Assembly (NCBI GenBank): GCA_965208575.1
Contig: CBDBOV010000005.1
Span: 768,001 to 832,000, forward strand
DNA length: 64,000 bases
Direction: 5' to 3'
DNA from: Spirochaetia bacterium
GTDB taxonomy: Bacteria > Spirochaetota > Spirochaetia > SZUA-6 > Bin103
In this document: positions 39,244 through 50,511 of the stretch, one piece after another
Position numbering within the stretch: the stretch's first letter is position 1
Layout of the letters: each line of letters starts with the position of its first letter
Made by a program: the position numbers and the translations under genes
The notes under the pieces: generated by a model
Told to the model about the DNA's origin: nothing
The model's database searches: none
The model's input: only the letters and a program-made list of their open reading frames with translations

Positions 39244-40194
39244 CTATGCCGGACGGCTGTCGAGAGCGGTGCGGAAGCGACGGATGTGCTCGGCGGTGGT
39301 GCCGCAGCAGCCGCCGACGATGCGGGCGCCGGCGGCGAGCACGTCGTTGAGGCCGACCAGCATCTGCTCCGGCGTCTGCCGGTACACCACTTCCATGTCG
39401 ACCAGTTCCGGCAGGCCGTTGTTGGGCTTGGCCATCAGCGGCAGATCGGATGCGGAGCGGTAGCGCGCCAGGATGCGCGCGGCCCAGGTGATGTCGATGC
39501 CGGCGCCGCAATTGATCGCCAGGATGTCGGCGCCCGCCTCCTGCAGCACTTCCGCGGCCTGCTCCACCCTGACGCCCATCATGGTGCGCACGTCCTTGCC
39601 GTTGCGGTTCAGGTCGAACGCCATCGACCCGATCACGCACGGCGCGCCCGCCTCCCGGGCCGCCGCGATGCCGAGGCCGATCTCTTCCAGCGAGGTCTGC
39701 GTTTCGACGATGATCGCGTCCGCCCCCGCGTCGACCAGCGCCGCCGCCTGCTCGCCGAACGCGTCGCGCACCGCGCCCTGCGGAATGTCGCCGTACGGCT
39801 CCATCAGCCCTCCGAACGGCCCGATGTCACCGATCACGTACCCCGGCCTGCCGGCGAACGCCTCGCGTGCCACGGCCACCCCGCGGGCGTTGATCTCGGC
39901 CACCCGGTGATCGAACGAGTGCCGCTCCAGCATGATGCGGCACGCTCCGAAGGTGTTGGTGAGCAAACAGTCCGAGCCCGCCTCCACGTAGGCGCGCTGG
40001 ATGGCCAGGACGGGGTCGGGGTTGTCCACGTTCCATATCTCGCCACAGCCGCCCGGCTCCAGGCCGGCCTGCTGCAACTGCGTGCCCATCGCCCCGTCGG
40101 CGAGCAGCACGCGTTCGGCGAGCGCTTCGAGCAACGGCTGCCGCAGCGCGGCCGGCGCCGGCGGGCTATTGGTGCGTGAATCCGTCATAGCCAA
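39244..40194 (-). CDS. Stand-alone homocysteine S-methyltransferase domain protein (MetH N-terminal-like)
   Basis: LADGAMGTQL, TNTFG, GDIGP, AINC, KPNNGLP, IVGGCCGTT. Confidence 0.92.
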   Translation of the reverse strand: MAMTDSRTNSPPAPAALRQPLLEALAERVLLADGAMGTQLQQAGLEPGGCGEIWNVDNPDPVLAIQRAYVEAGSDCLLTNTFGACRIMLERHSFDHRVAEINARGVAVAREAFAGRPGYVIGDIGPFGGLMEPYGDIPQGAVRDAFGEQAAALVDAGADAIIVETQTSLEEIGLGIAAAREAGAPCVIGSMAFDLNRNGKDVRTMMGVRVEQAAEVLQEAGADILAINCGAGIDITWAARILARYRSASDLPLMAKPNNGLPELVDMEVVYRQTPEQMLVGLNDVLAAGARIVGGCCGTTAEHIRRFRTALDSRPA

Positions 40195-40236
40195 ACAATA
40201 TATCCGGCCTGCGCGCGCCCGGCGACCGCCGGGCCA

Positions 40237-40635
40237 TCAGCGGCGTGCATCGAGGCGGCTGACGCTACCGGTCCAATCGAGAATGTCGCCGTCCGCCGTT
40301 GCCAAGAGGTGTCCGCGCAACGCCGTCGCAACGATGATGCGGTCCGCCGGGTCGGCATGAAAGTCGGCGAGACCAGCGGCCCGGATTCCGATTTCGCCAT
40401 CGACGGGGATCTCGACCACGCCCTGAGCGAGCTGCTCTCTCCGCCACAGCGCCACATCCTCGGCAAAGTCAATTCTGCCCCTGGCCTTCAGCATGGCAAC
40501 TTCCCAGAATGAGATCGCTGACACCGCCACCTCGTCCGATTGCCACGCGCGGTCGATCTCGGCACGCGCCCCGCTTCCGAGCTCCGGTTCTCCCGATCTC
40601 AACCAGAGCATCACGTGGGTGTCGAGCAGGATCAC
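40237..40635 (-). CDS. vapC: VapC PIN-domain toxin
   Basis: ILLDTH, SAISFWEV, HADPADRIIVATA, LATAD; GTGA overlap with the antitoxin. Confidence 0.9.
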   Translation of the reverse strand: MILLDTHVMLWLRSGEPELGSGARAEIDRAWQSDEVAVSAISFWEVAMLKARGRIDFAEDVALWRREQLAQGVVEIPVDGEIGIRAAGLADFHADPADRIIVATALRGHLLATADGDILDWTGSVSRLDARR

Positions 40636-40916
40636 CTGCCGGTGTTCCCCGCGTCGCCGCGTTCGGCGTCCCACTCCACGTCGACTGGCCCGACGATGTC
40701 GCCCACTATCCTGATCCTGCCGCGGTCGATGCCGAACAGGGTTCGCGGCTTGGTTCGGTACGGAACCAACCGCGATACGGGACGCCCGTTCTTGGTGATC
40801 ACGATCTGTTCGCCGGTGTCCGCGACCCGATCCATGAGCTGAAGGCACTTGGCCTTGAATTCGGACGCCTTGATGACAGCCGGTGTCCCGTCCGCCTGGT
40901 CGGTGCCTGCAGTCAT
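40632..40916 (-). CDS. Phd/YefM family antitoxin
   Basis: IKASEFKAKCLQLMDRV...IVITKNGRPVSRLVP; GGAGG RBS. Confidence 0.9.
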   Translation of the reverse strand: MTAGTDQADGTPAVIKASEFKAKCLQLMDRVADTGEQIVITKNGRPVSRLVPYRTKPRTLFGIDRGRIRIVGDIVGPVDVEWDAERGDAGNTGR

Positions 40917-40940
40917 TCCCCGTAACCTCCAATACAGATC

Positions 40941-40970
40941 AATATCACCATGGTCATGTCCATGGTCAAG
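40941..40970 (-). promoter_or_regulatory. TA promoter/operator
   Basis: Minus strand TTGACC-17-GATATT with two GACCATGG repeats containing CCATGG palindromes. Confidence 0.55.
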
Positions 40971-41013
40971 ATGAGCGACGCAGCTTGCAGCAGGGATGCA
41001 AGCGCCGTCACGC

Positions 41014-42447
41014 TCACGCCGAAGCGTCGGCGGCCGCGAGGGTGGGGCGGCGGGAAGAGACTCCGAGGGCGGCCTCCCAGGCGGCGGCAAAGGCCAGCAG
41101 GTCGGCCTCGCCGCGGTAACGGCCGACGATCTGCGCGCCTACCGGCAGGCCCGCCGGTGTGAAGCCGCACGGCAGCGACAGCGCCGGGTGGGAGGTCATG
41201 GTGATCAGCGAACAGCTCTGCATCCAGTCGATGTAGGTGGCCATCGGCACGCCGTTCACGGAGCGCGGCCAGTCCACCTCGACCGGGAACGGCAGCACCT
41301 GGGACACCGGCAGGATCAGCACGTCGAACCGCTCCAGGAACGCGCTCATGCGCAGGAACTGCTCGGCGCGCAACTGGTGCGCACGGACCACCTGGGCCGT
41401 GGTCAAAGCCAGGCCGCGCTCGATGTTCCAGATCACGGTGTCCTTGAGCAGGTCGCGGTGGTCGCGCAGGGCGGCGCCGAGGTCGGCGGCGAAGCGAAGC
41501 GCGCGGATGGTGTCGAACGCCTCCGCGCCGCCGGACAGGTCGGGGTGCGCCGGTTCCACCCGGCAGCCGAGGTCGGCGAGCAGGGGCAGGGCGCGCTCGA
41601 TCACCTCGGTCACGGCGGGTTCCACCGGCAGCATGCCCAGGTCGCGGCTGTAGGCCACCCGGCAGCCCTTGAGGTCACGTGGAGCTACGTTGGCGAACGG
41701 AGCGCCAGGTTCGCAAATGGAGGTGGGATCGCGCCGATCGGGGCCGGCGATCACGCTCAACAGCAGGACGGCATCGGCCACGGTGCGTCCCATCGGTCCG
41801 GTCACGCTCAGCGTCTCCCACGGGTCACCCGCGGGTACCCGGGGTACGCGCCCCGGCGTGGTGCGCAGCCCCACCACGGAGTTGAAGTTGGGCGGGTTGC
41901 GGATGGAGCCGCCATAGTCGCTGCCGTCGGCGACGGCGACCATGCCGCTGGTCAGCGCCGCGGCGCCGCCGCCGCTGCTGCCGCCGGCCGACCGCGTCAG
42001 GTCGTACGGGTTGCGGGTGACCCCGAATACGGTGTTGAACGTGTGCGAGCCGGCGCCGAACTCGGGCACGTTGCTCTTGCCCACGATGACGGCGCCGGCG
42101 GCGCGCATGCGGGCCACCATCAGGTCGTCGCGTTCGGCGATGGCATCGCGGTAGATCGGCGAGCCGAGGGTGGTGGGCAGGCCGGCGACATCGACCAGGT
42201 CCTTGACCGCGACCGGCAGCCCGGCCAGCGGCCCCGGTTCGCTGCCCGCGGCCAGCGCCGCGTCGAGCTGCGCCGCCGCCACCGTGGCGCGCTCGCTGTC
42301 CAGGGTACAGATGGCGTTGATCCGCGGGTTGAGCCGCTCGATCTGCTCCAGGTGCGCCGCCAGCAGCTCGGCGGCGCTCACCTCGCGCGAACGCACCAGC
42401 GCCGCCAACTCGGTAGCGGGCCGCAGGCACAGATCCGCATCTCTCAA
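41014..42447 (-). CDS. Amidase signature family protein
   Basis: GLPVAVKD, GGSSGG, GSDYGGSIRNP; probable TTG start at 42447 with GGAGG RBS. Confidence 0.93.
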   Translation of the reverse strand: MRDADLCLRPATELAALVRSREVSAAELLAAHLEQIERLNPRINAICTLDSERATVAAAQLDAALAAGSEPGPLAGLPVAVKDLVDVAGLPTTLGSPIYRDAIAERDDLMVARMRAAGAVIVGKSNVPEFGAGSHTFNTVFGVTRNPYDLTRSAGGSSGGGAAALTSGMVAVADGSDYGGSIRNPPNFNSVVGLRTTPGRVPRVPAGDPWETLSVTGPMGRTVADAVLLLSVIAGPDRRDPTSICEPGAPFANVAPRDLKGCRVAYSRDLGMLPVEPAVTEVIERALPLLADLGCRVEPAHPDLSGGAEAFDTIRALRFAADLGAALRDHRDLLKDTVIWNIERGLALTTAQVVRAHQLRAEQFLRMSAFLERFDVLILPVSQVLPFPVEVDWPRSVNGVPMATYIDWMQSCSLITMTSHPALSLPCGFTPAGLPVGAQIVGRYRGEADLLAFAAAWEAALGVSSRRPTLAAADASA

Positions 42448-42896
42448 ACCGGGCCTCCCGTGATGTCCTACGGTCGTGCGAAGGCGACCAGCGCGGCGTC
42501 CGATCCGCTGCGGACAAGAGGGCGGCCAGCACAACAACGAGTCGCTTCATACAGACTGTTTTTTTCCCGGACAATGGTACCATGACTCTGCCGGAGCATG
42601 CGACGGGACCGTATCGAACGGAGGGAACACGCAGGAACTGTGGTTGGCAGTGATGGGGACAACTCAAGCGCTTTCCCGTGCCCGGAGTGTCCGGTCGATT
42701 CGGTCAGTTGGGACGACTCCCAGCCGTCTGTCAGGACATTCAAGTCGCTTGCCGCACGTGACCGTTGATCGTGGAATGGCTGTCGGTCTACTTTGCGTGC
42801 CAGGCGTACTTGATCTGGTCAAGATAAGGGGGGGCGCAGGTGGCGGCAGCGCCGCTCCTTACTCGATGGATGATGTCACCTGTCAAAGGAGCGGTT

Positions 42897-43757
42897 GTGA
42901 TCAGCCCTGAACAGATTCGGTTCTTTCATGAAAACGGCTATCTGCAGTGTGGCCGCATTCTCGACTTGCACCAGGTCGAAGAGATGCGCGCCGGGCTGGA
43001 GAGCGTCATCGCGCTGGAGGCTGCCGGCGGCGACGACAGCCATCACGAGTTTGGATTCGGCCACCGCCGCGGCGGCGAGGATTATCCCGCGGGCCGGGCC
43101 ATTACGCAGTTCGTCAACATGTGGAAGCGTGAGGCGATGTACGCGCGCGTCATGCACCACCCGGTGATATCGGGCATTGTGGGTGCGCTGCTCGACACTC
43201 CCCGGGTGCGGCTGTGGCACGATCAGATCATCTCCAAGCCGCCTGGCGACAACGGACACTTCGAGTTTCATCAGGACTTCTACCTGTGGCCGCTCGGCGA
43301 GCCTCGCCTGGTCAGTTGTTGGCTGGCGCTCGATGACGTTACGACGGTGAATGGCTGCATGCACGTGGTTCCGGCGAGCCACCGTGATCCCCGCTTCGGT
43401 CTGGATGCGTACGCCGCCGAGCGAGCGGCCCATGCAGCGGCGGAAGATCCTTATGCGCTGCCCGAGACGCCGCGGCAGGCGATGGCCCACGAACCGATCA
43501 CGGTTGGCACCCCGGTCGAGCTCAAGGCGGGGGAGTGCATGTTTCACCACTGTCTCAACTTTCACGCCACGCCCCCCAACACCACGCCCCGCCAACGGCG
43601 CGCCCACGTCATGATCTACATGGCCGACGGCGTGCGCGTAAAGCTCGCGCAAGCGCCCGACCATCCCTTGATCCCAGGATTCGAGGTCGAGGATGGGCAC
43701 CCTCTGGCCGGTCGCGGATTCCCGGTGATCGAGCCCGAATTGTGGGACCAGGGGTAG
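42897..43757 (+). CDS. Phytanoyl-CoA dioxygenase (PhyH) family Fe(II)/2-oxoglutarate enzyme
   Basis: FFHENGY, HQD, WLALDD...NGCMHVVPASH, distal H in NFHAT; AAGGAG RBS before GTG 42897. Confidence 0.9.
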   Translation: MISPEQIRFFHENGYLQCGRILDLHQVEEMRAGLESVIALEAAGGDDSHHEFGFGHRRGGEDYPAGRAITQFVNMWKREAMYARVMHHPVISGIVGALLDTPRVRLWHDQIISKPPGDNGHFEFHQDFYLWPLGEPRLVSCWLALDDVTTVNGCMHVVPASHRDPRFGLDAYAAERAAHAAAEDPYALPETPRQAMAHEPITVGTPVELKAGECMFHHCLNFHATPPNTTPRQRRAHVMIYMADGVRVKLAQAPDHPLIPGFEVEDGHPLAGRGFPVIEPELWDQG

Positions 43758-43877
43758 CGCGACACTGAGTGGGCCGCGCGGGCCCGGCTCCGCGGCGGGC
43801 GGGACGGCTGCCGGAGTAGTGGGCGAGCGGCCGCGATTGACAAGGCGGCGGGCGGCTCCCTACCGTGGGGCCGCAAC

Positions 43878-44534
43878 ATGCCCACACTGAGATTCGCCGA
43901 AGAGATACTCCTGCTGCTGCTCGACGACCGGAGCGGGCGCTTCGCTCACGTCATCGAGTCGTCGCTGCGCTGCGCCATCGCGGGGGCGGTGCTGATGGAC
44001 CTGGCGCTGGAGAACCGCATCGACACCGATCCGAAGCAGCTCGTCCTGGTCGACGCGGCGCCGGTCGGGGACGACCTGCTCGATCCGACGCTGGCCGACA
44101 TCGTGCGGGCGCCGGAGACCCGCGACGCGCGCTACTGGGTGAACCGGATCGCCGGCGATGCCGACCGCATCCGGGAAGCCGCACTGCGGCGCCTCGTCGA
44201 GCGCGGCATTCTGCAGCGCGAGGAGGACCGCTTCCTGTGGGTGTTCCGCGCGCGGCGCTACCCGGTGATCGATGGCGAGGCGGAACGCGAGGTCAAGCTG
44301 CGCATCATGGAGGTGCTGTTCAGCGACGTGATTCCCGCCCCGCGCGACGTGGTGATCATCGGTCTCGCGGACTCCTGCGGCCTGTTCGGCGTGCTGCTGT
44401 CGCGACGCGAGCTGCAACGGGTGGCGGATCGCATCGAGCAGGTGCGCAAGCTCGACCTGATCGGGCAGGCGGTCATTCAAACCGTGGCGGAAATCGACAT
44501 GGCCATCTCCGGCGCCATGCGCACCATCATATAG
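43878..44534 (+). CDS. GPP34 (Golgi phosphoprotein 3-like) family protein
   Basis: FAEEILLLLLDD, AGAVLMDLALENRI, RLVERGIL...FLWVF..RRYP. Confidence 0.85.
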   Translation: MPTLRFAEEILLLLLDDRSGRFAHVIESSLRCAIAGAVLMDLALENRIDTDPKQLVLVDAAPVGDDLLDPTLADIVRAPETRDARYWVNRIAGDADRIREAALRRLVERGILQREEDRFLWVFRARRYPVIDGEAEREVKLRIMEVLFSDVIPAPRDVVIIGLADSCGLFGVLLSRRELQRVADRIEQVRKLDLIGQAVIQTVAEIDMAISGAMRTII

Positions 44535-44622
44535 CGCCCCGGAAGCGCCGCCAGCGGCGGTGCTTCCGGCCCAACCGGCCTGCCCACGGACCTGCCGGAA
44601 TCCGACAGGTTCCCCGGCTCGT

Positions 44623-45252
44623 TCAGCGCGCGGCGTCCTCGGGGCGGCGGCCGGGAATGAGCGCGGCTACCGCCAACTCCAGGTCGGGAAGGGCGGAGGG
44701 GGCTACCGTCTCGCCCGCGACATGGCGCCGCATGGTTCGATAGCTGCCGGCCTCCAGGTTCGAGTACGCCTCGATCCGGTCCGCTTCCAGGTCGACTATC
44801 CACACTTCACGGATGCCGCTGAGGGCGTAGAACGGCACCTTGGTGTGGCGGTCGTAGTCGAGCGAGGACGCCGCCACCTCCACCAGCAACAGCACATCGG
44901 ATGGGCTCGGATGGTCGAAGTCGTAGTAGTCGTCCCGGTGTGCCAGCAGCATCAGGTCGGGCTGCGGTTCGGAGTAGGTGTCCGCGGCAACCGGGTTCTG
45001 CACCTGCACCATTGCCCGCCCGGCGAGACGTTCCGTGTTGAAAGTGGCGTTGAGGCGGAGGACGCACGCGGCGTGCCGGTTCCCGATGGCGGCCATGACG
45101 ATGATTTCCCCCCCGATCAACTCGACGCGCTCATCCTCGCCGAGGATGCCGGCGCGGCCCATCGCCTGGTACTCCTCCCGGGTAAACAGTCTCCGTGTTG
45201 CTGCCGACGCCGCACGCGGCGTGGTTTGTCTGGCCGGCCGGGTCGCGATCAT
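44623..45252 (-). CDS. Uma2 family PD-(D/E)XK endonuclease-like protein
   Basis: FTREEYQAM, VELIGGEI, SEPQPDL, LLVEVA..SLDYDR..K...YA..GIREVWIVD. Confidence 0.92.
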   Translation of the reverse strand: MIATRPARQTTPRAASAATRRLFTREEYQAMGRAGILGEDERVELIGGEIIVMAAIGNRHAACVLRLNATFNTERLAGRAMVQVQNPVAADTYSEPQPDLMLLAHRDDYYDFDHPSPSDVLLLVEVAASSLDYDRHTKVPFYALSGIREVWIVDLEADRIEAYSNLEAGSYRTMRRHVAGETVAPSALPDLELAVAALIPGRRPEDAAR

Positions 45253-45308
45253 GGCCTCATTCCAACATGGTTTCCGGGTCGGAGTAAAGGCGCGGAACCG
45301 AATGAAGG

Positions 45309-47149
45309 TCAGAAGACACTGCTCTGGCTTCGCTGCGGCCTTCCGCCGGGGGCGGCCTGGATGTAGTCCAGGCTCTGGTGGCGGAAGTAGGCGTTGTACA
45401 GCTCGGCGTAGTGGCCGCCGGCCTGCAGCAGCCGGTCGTGGGTGCCCTGTTCGATGATCTCGCCCGAGCGCAGCACGACGATGCGGTCGGCGCGCTTGAT
45501 GGTGGACAGGCGGTGGGCGATGACGATGGCGGTGCGCTCGCGCAGCAGTTCGTCCATGCCCTCCTGCACCAGCGCCTCGGTGAGGGGATCGATGCTGGCG
45601 GTGGCCTCGTCGAGTATCAGCACGGACGGGTTCTGCAGCAGGACGCGGCTCAGGGCGATGAGCTGGCGCTGCCCGAGCGACAGGTTGCGTCCGCGCTCGG
45701 TCACCTCGGTGGCGAGGCCGTCCGGCAGGGTGCCGATCCAGTCGCCGCCGCCCACCCGCGCCGCGGTGGTCGCCACGGTGGCGTCGTCGGCGTCGGCGCG
45801 GCCGTAGCGGATGTTGTCGAGCACGCTGCCGTTGAACAGAAACGGCACCTGGGTCACGAAGCCGAGGTGGGTGCGGTAGGCGGCCAGGTCCAGGCCGCGG
45901 ATGTCGCGCCCGTCGACCAGGATCTGGCCGCCCTGAAACTCGTAGAAGCGGGCCACCAGCTTGGTGATGCTCGACTTGCCGGAGCCGGTGTGCCCCACCA
46001 GCGCGAGGGTTTCGCCGGGGTGGACGGTGAGCGAGAAGTCGTCGAACACCTCTTCACCTTCCTTGTAGTGGAAGCGCACGTTGCGCAGCTTGATGTGCCC
46101 GGCCACGGCGGGTACCGGCTCGGAGCCGGTCTGCACCACCTGCGGCTCGGTGTCGATGAGGGCGAACACCCGCTCCCCGGCGGCCAGGCCGAGCTGGAAC
46201 TGGCTCCAGAACGCGGCGATCATGGCGAGCCGGAACCACAACAGGCGGACGGTCAGCAGGTACAGGTACCACTCGCCGATGGTCACGCCGCCGAACTCGG
46301 CGCGCATCCCGCCGGCGTACACCAGCGCCGCGGAGCCGAGCCCGGCGACGGTGCCCAGCACCGGCGTGAAGCTGGCAAACACCACGTCGTGGCGCCAGCC
46401 GAGGCGGAACGAGCGCTGATTCACCGGCGCGAACTGGTCGTAGAGAAGTTGTTCCTTGCGGAACGACTTGGCGACCGCGATCCCGCTCATCGTCTCGTGC
46501 ACGTGACCGCTGACGTCGGCCACCGAACGGCGCGACCCGGTGACCACGCGGCGGGAGAGACGCCTGAAACCGAGCGACACGGCGAACATCGCGGGTACCA
46601 GGAGGAGTGCGATCAGCGTCAGCGGCACGTCTATGGTGAACAGGTAGGCGAAGATCAGTACGGTCAGGACGATCTCGCTCAGCACGCCGATGGTCATGGT
46701 CACGACCTCGGAGAACGCCTGGGTGTCGGACAGCACCCGGCTCACGATGCCGCCGGTCGGGTAGCGGTCGAAGAACGACAGGTCGTGGCCGAGCACCGCG
46801 TCGAAGGCGGCGCGGCGCAGGCGCAGAACCACGTTGCTCACGGCGCGCGCGGCCACTGTCCGGTCCAAGGCGCTGAATCCCCAGTCCGACAGGCTCAGCA
46901 GCAGGATACCCGCAACGGCCACGGCCACCGCCACGAGGGAGAACCCGGCGGTCGCCACGTGGTCGATGGTGCGCGACAACACGATCGGCAGTGCCGCACC
47001 GACCAGCGATGTGGCCACGATCGCCGCCGACACCACGAGCATGGCGCGCCGCTCGGCGCGGAAGTAGCCGAGGATGCGGCGCACCAGCTCGCGGTCGCGG
47101 TAGCGGCGGTCGTATCCCTCGGCGGACAGGCCGTCATAGGGGGAGCGCA

Positions 47150-47150
<1 letters not shown>
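45309..47150 (-). CDS. ABC exporter permease/ATPase, heterodimer subunit B
   Basis: TM domain, GHTGSGKSS, LSLGQRQL, ILDEATAS. Confidence 0.93.
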
Positions 47151-49006
<1,856 letters not shown>

Positions 49007-49073
49007 GCGGCTACCTGACTTCAGCGGCGACGATGCCGATGCAGAACGGTAGGGTAAGGGTACTCAAGGCCGA

Positions 49074-49102
49074 GATATACGGCGGCCCGGAAGCGTAGTC
49101 AA
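49074..49102 (-). promoter_or_regulatory. Sigma70-type promoter for the ABC pair
   Basis: Minus strand TTGACT, 17-bp spacer, TATATC. Confidence 0.5.
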
Positions 49103-49170
49103 GCGGGTAAAACCCGGCAATCCCCCGGCACTAGCGTTGACGGGAGAGGCGCCAGAAAGCGGGCGGCGTC

Positions 49171-50169
49171 CTAAACGGCTGCTCTGCGTCCGCGCGCGGT
49201 CAGGCGGTAAGCCTGGTTCTTCGCAGTAGGCGACTCGGGACGGGTCATCTCCACCAGTCCCAGGGCCAGCGCCGGGCGCAGGTAGTTGGCGCGGAGCGTG
49301 GGGCGGTGGGACAGTCCCAGTCTGGCCAGCAATTGGGCGGCGGTGTGCGGACCGTCTCGCAGCAGGTTGAGCAGCCGCTCTACTTGATCGGTTACCTGGA
49401 GGTCTACTTGATCGCCCAAGACGGCCGGCGCAAGCGCGGCGCGAATCATCTGCAACATGAAAGTGATGAATGGCGTGCTTTCGCCGGCGGCCGAACTGGC
49501 TCGGATTGCGCCGTAGTAGGCGCTCTGATGAGCGTGGACCAGGCTCTCCACCGGCAGGTGCGCGAACAGCGGCTGCCAGCGGGTCAGGATCAAGGTTTGC
49601 CACAGCCGCCCCAGGCGACCGTTGCCATCTTCGAACGGGTGAATGAACTCGAACTCGTAGTGGAACACGGAGCTGACGATCAGCGGGTGGTCCGCGGTGC
49701 TCCGCATCCAATGCAGCAGCGCCGCCATCAACTCGGGTACGCGTCCAGCAGGCGGCGCAACGTGGTGGACGACTCCCGCTCCTCCTACCGCTACTCCGCC
49801 GCAACGATAGCGGCCGGGGTCGTCCAGCAGTCCCGCCATCAGTACGCCGTGCGCGCTGAGCAGGTCGCCCTCGCTCTCCGGCGCCCACGACTCGTAGCGG
49901 TCGTATGCCTTGATTGCATTCCGCGCTTCCTGAATCTCGCGCGGCGATCCGACGACCGGTTTGCCGTCAAGCAGCGCAGCGACCTGTTCTTCGCTCAGGG
50001 TATTGCCCTCGATTGCCAAGGAGCCGCGGATCGAGCGGATGCGGCTGATGCGCCGCAGCCGCAAGTCCCGAGCTATCCCCAGAGCCTCCGCCCGGCCAAG
50101 GCCTTCGCCGACCTGCTCCACCAACGACAGGATCTCGGGCGTAATCCGGTAGGGTGGTGCTTCGCTCAT
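49171..50169 (-). CDS. Fic family protein (class II, autoinhibited) with C-terminal HTH
   Basis: Inhibitory motif SLAIEGN, catalytic HPFEDGNGRLGR; ATG 50169. Confidence 0.93.
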   Translation of the reverse strand: MSEAPPYRITPEILSLVEQVGEGLGRAEALGIARDLRLRRISRIRSIRGSLAIEGNTLSEEQVAALLDGKPVVGSPREIQEARNAIKAYDRYESWAPESEGDLLSAHGVLMAGLLDDPGRYRCGGVAVGGAGVVHHVAPPAGRVPELMAALLHWMRSTADHPLIVSSVFHYEFEFIHPFEDGNGRLGRLWQTLILTRWQPLFAHLPVESLVHAHQSAYYGAIRASSAAGESTPFITFMLQMIRAALAPAVLGDQVDLQVTDQVERLLNLLRDGPHTAAQLLARLGLSHRPTLRANYLRPALALGLVEMTRPESPTAKNQAYRLTARGRRAAV

Positions 50170-50278
50170 GTCAGGTCGCGCGGGCCGCTGCGCGCGGCTC
50201 GCACATTGGAATGTTCCATTGCGCCGGACACACTGGCAAGTGCGGGGCAGTAGCGGAGCGCAAGAAAAATGCCAGCCC

Positions 50279-50404
50279 CCTGACCTAATCTTCAGAATCC
50301 GCGAGGGCATTAGCTGGCACGACAAGGCAGCGATGAACGGGCGCGACCTCGTTGCCAAGGATATCGTGTTCAACTGGCACCGGATGACTGGCATGGGTAG
50401 CGGC
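50279..50404 (+). pseudogene. Remnant of a family 5 ABC substrate-binding protein gene
   Basis: PDLIFRIREGISWHDKAAMNGRDLVAKDIVFNWHRMTGMGSG resembles the F.LR.GV.WHD...G...TA.DV.F motif. Confidence 0.65.
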
Positions 50405-50511
50405 TTGTCGGCGAACATGCGGGACACGTGACTGCGGCGTGGCCGGGCCGGGCGTCACTTGTGGCTCGTGCGTGTGTATCTTGGTGCATGCGGGGAGGCA
50501 CCGGGCACGGC

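Noticed and set aside
42450-42560. Minus-strand MKRLVVVLAALLSAADRTPRWSP, a signal-peptide-like start upstream of the amidase
   Set aside because: Out of frame with the amidase and too short to assign; possibly a remnant
49171-50427. 418-aa Fic ORF call, and similarly over-extended starts for LarA, HAD, amidase, Doc and the 52954 ABC ORF
   Set aside because: Upstream extensions overlap neighbouring genes or remnants; starts were reassigned
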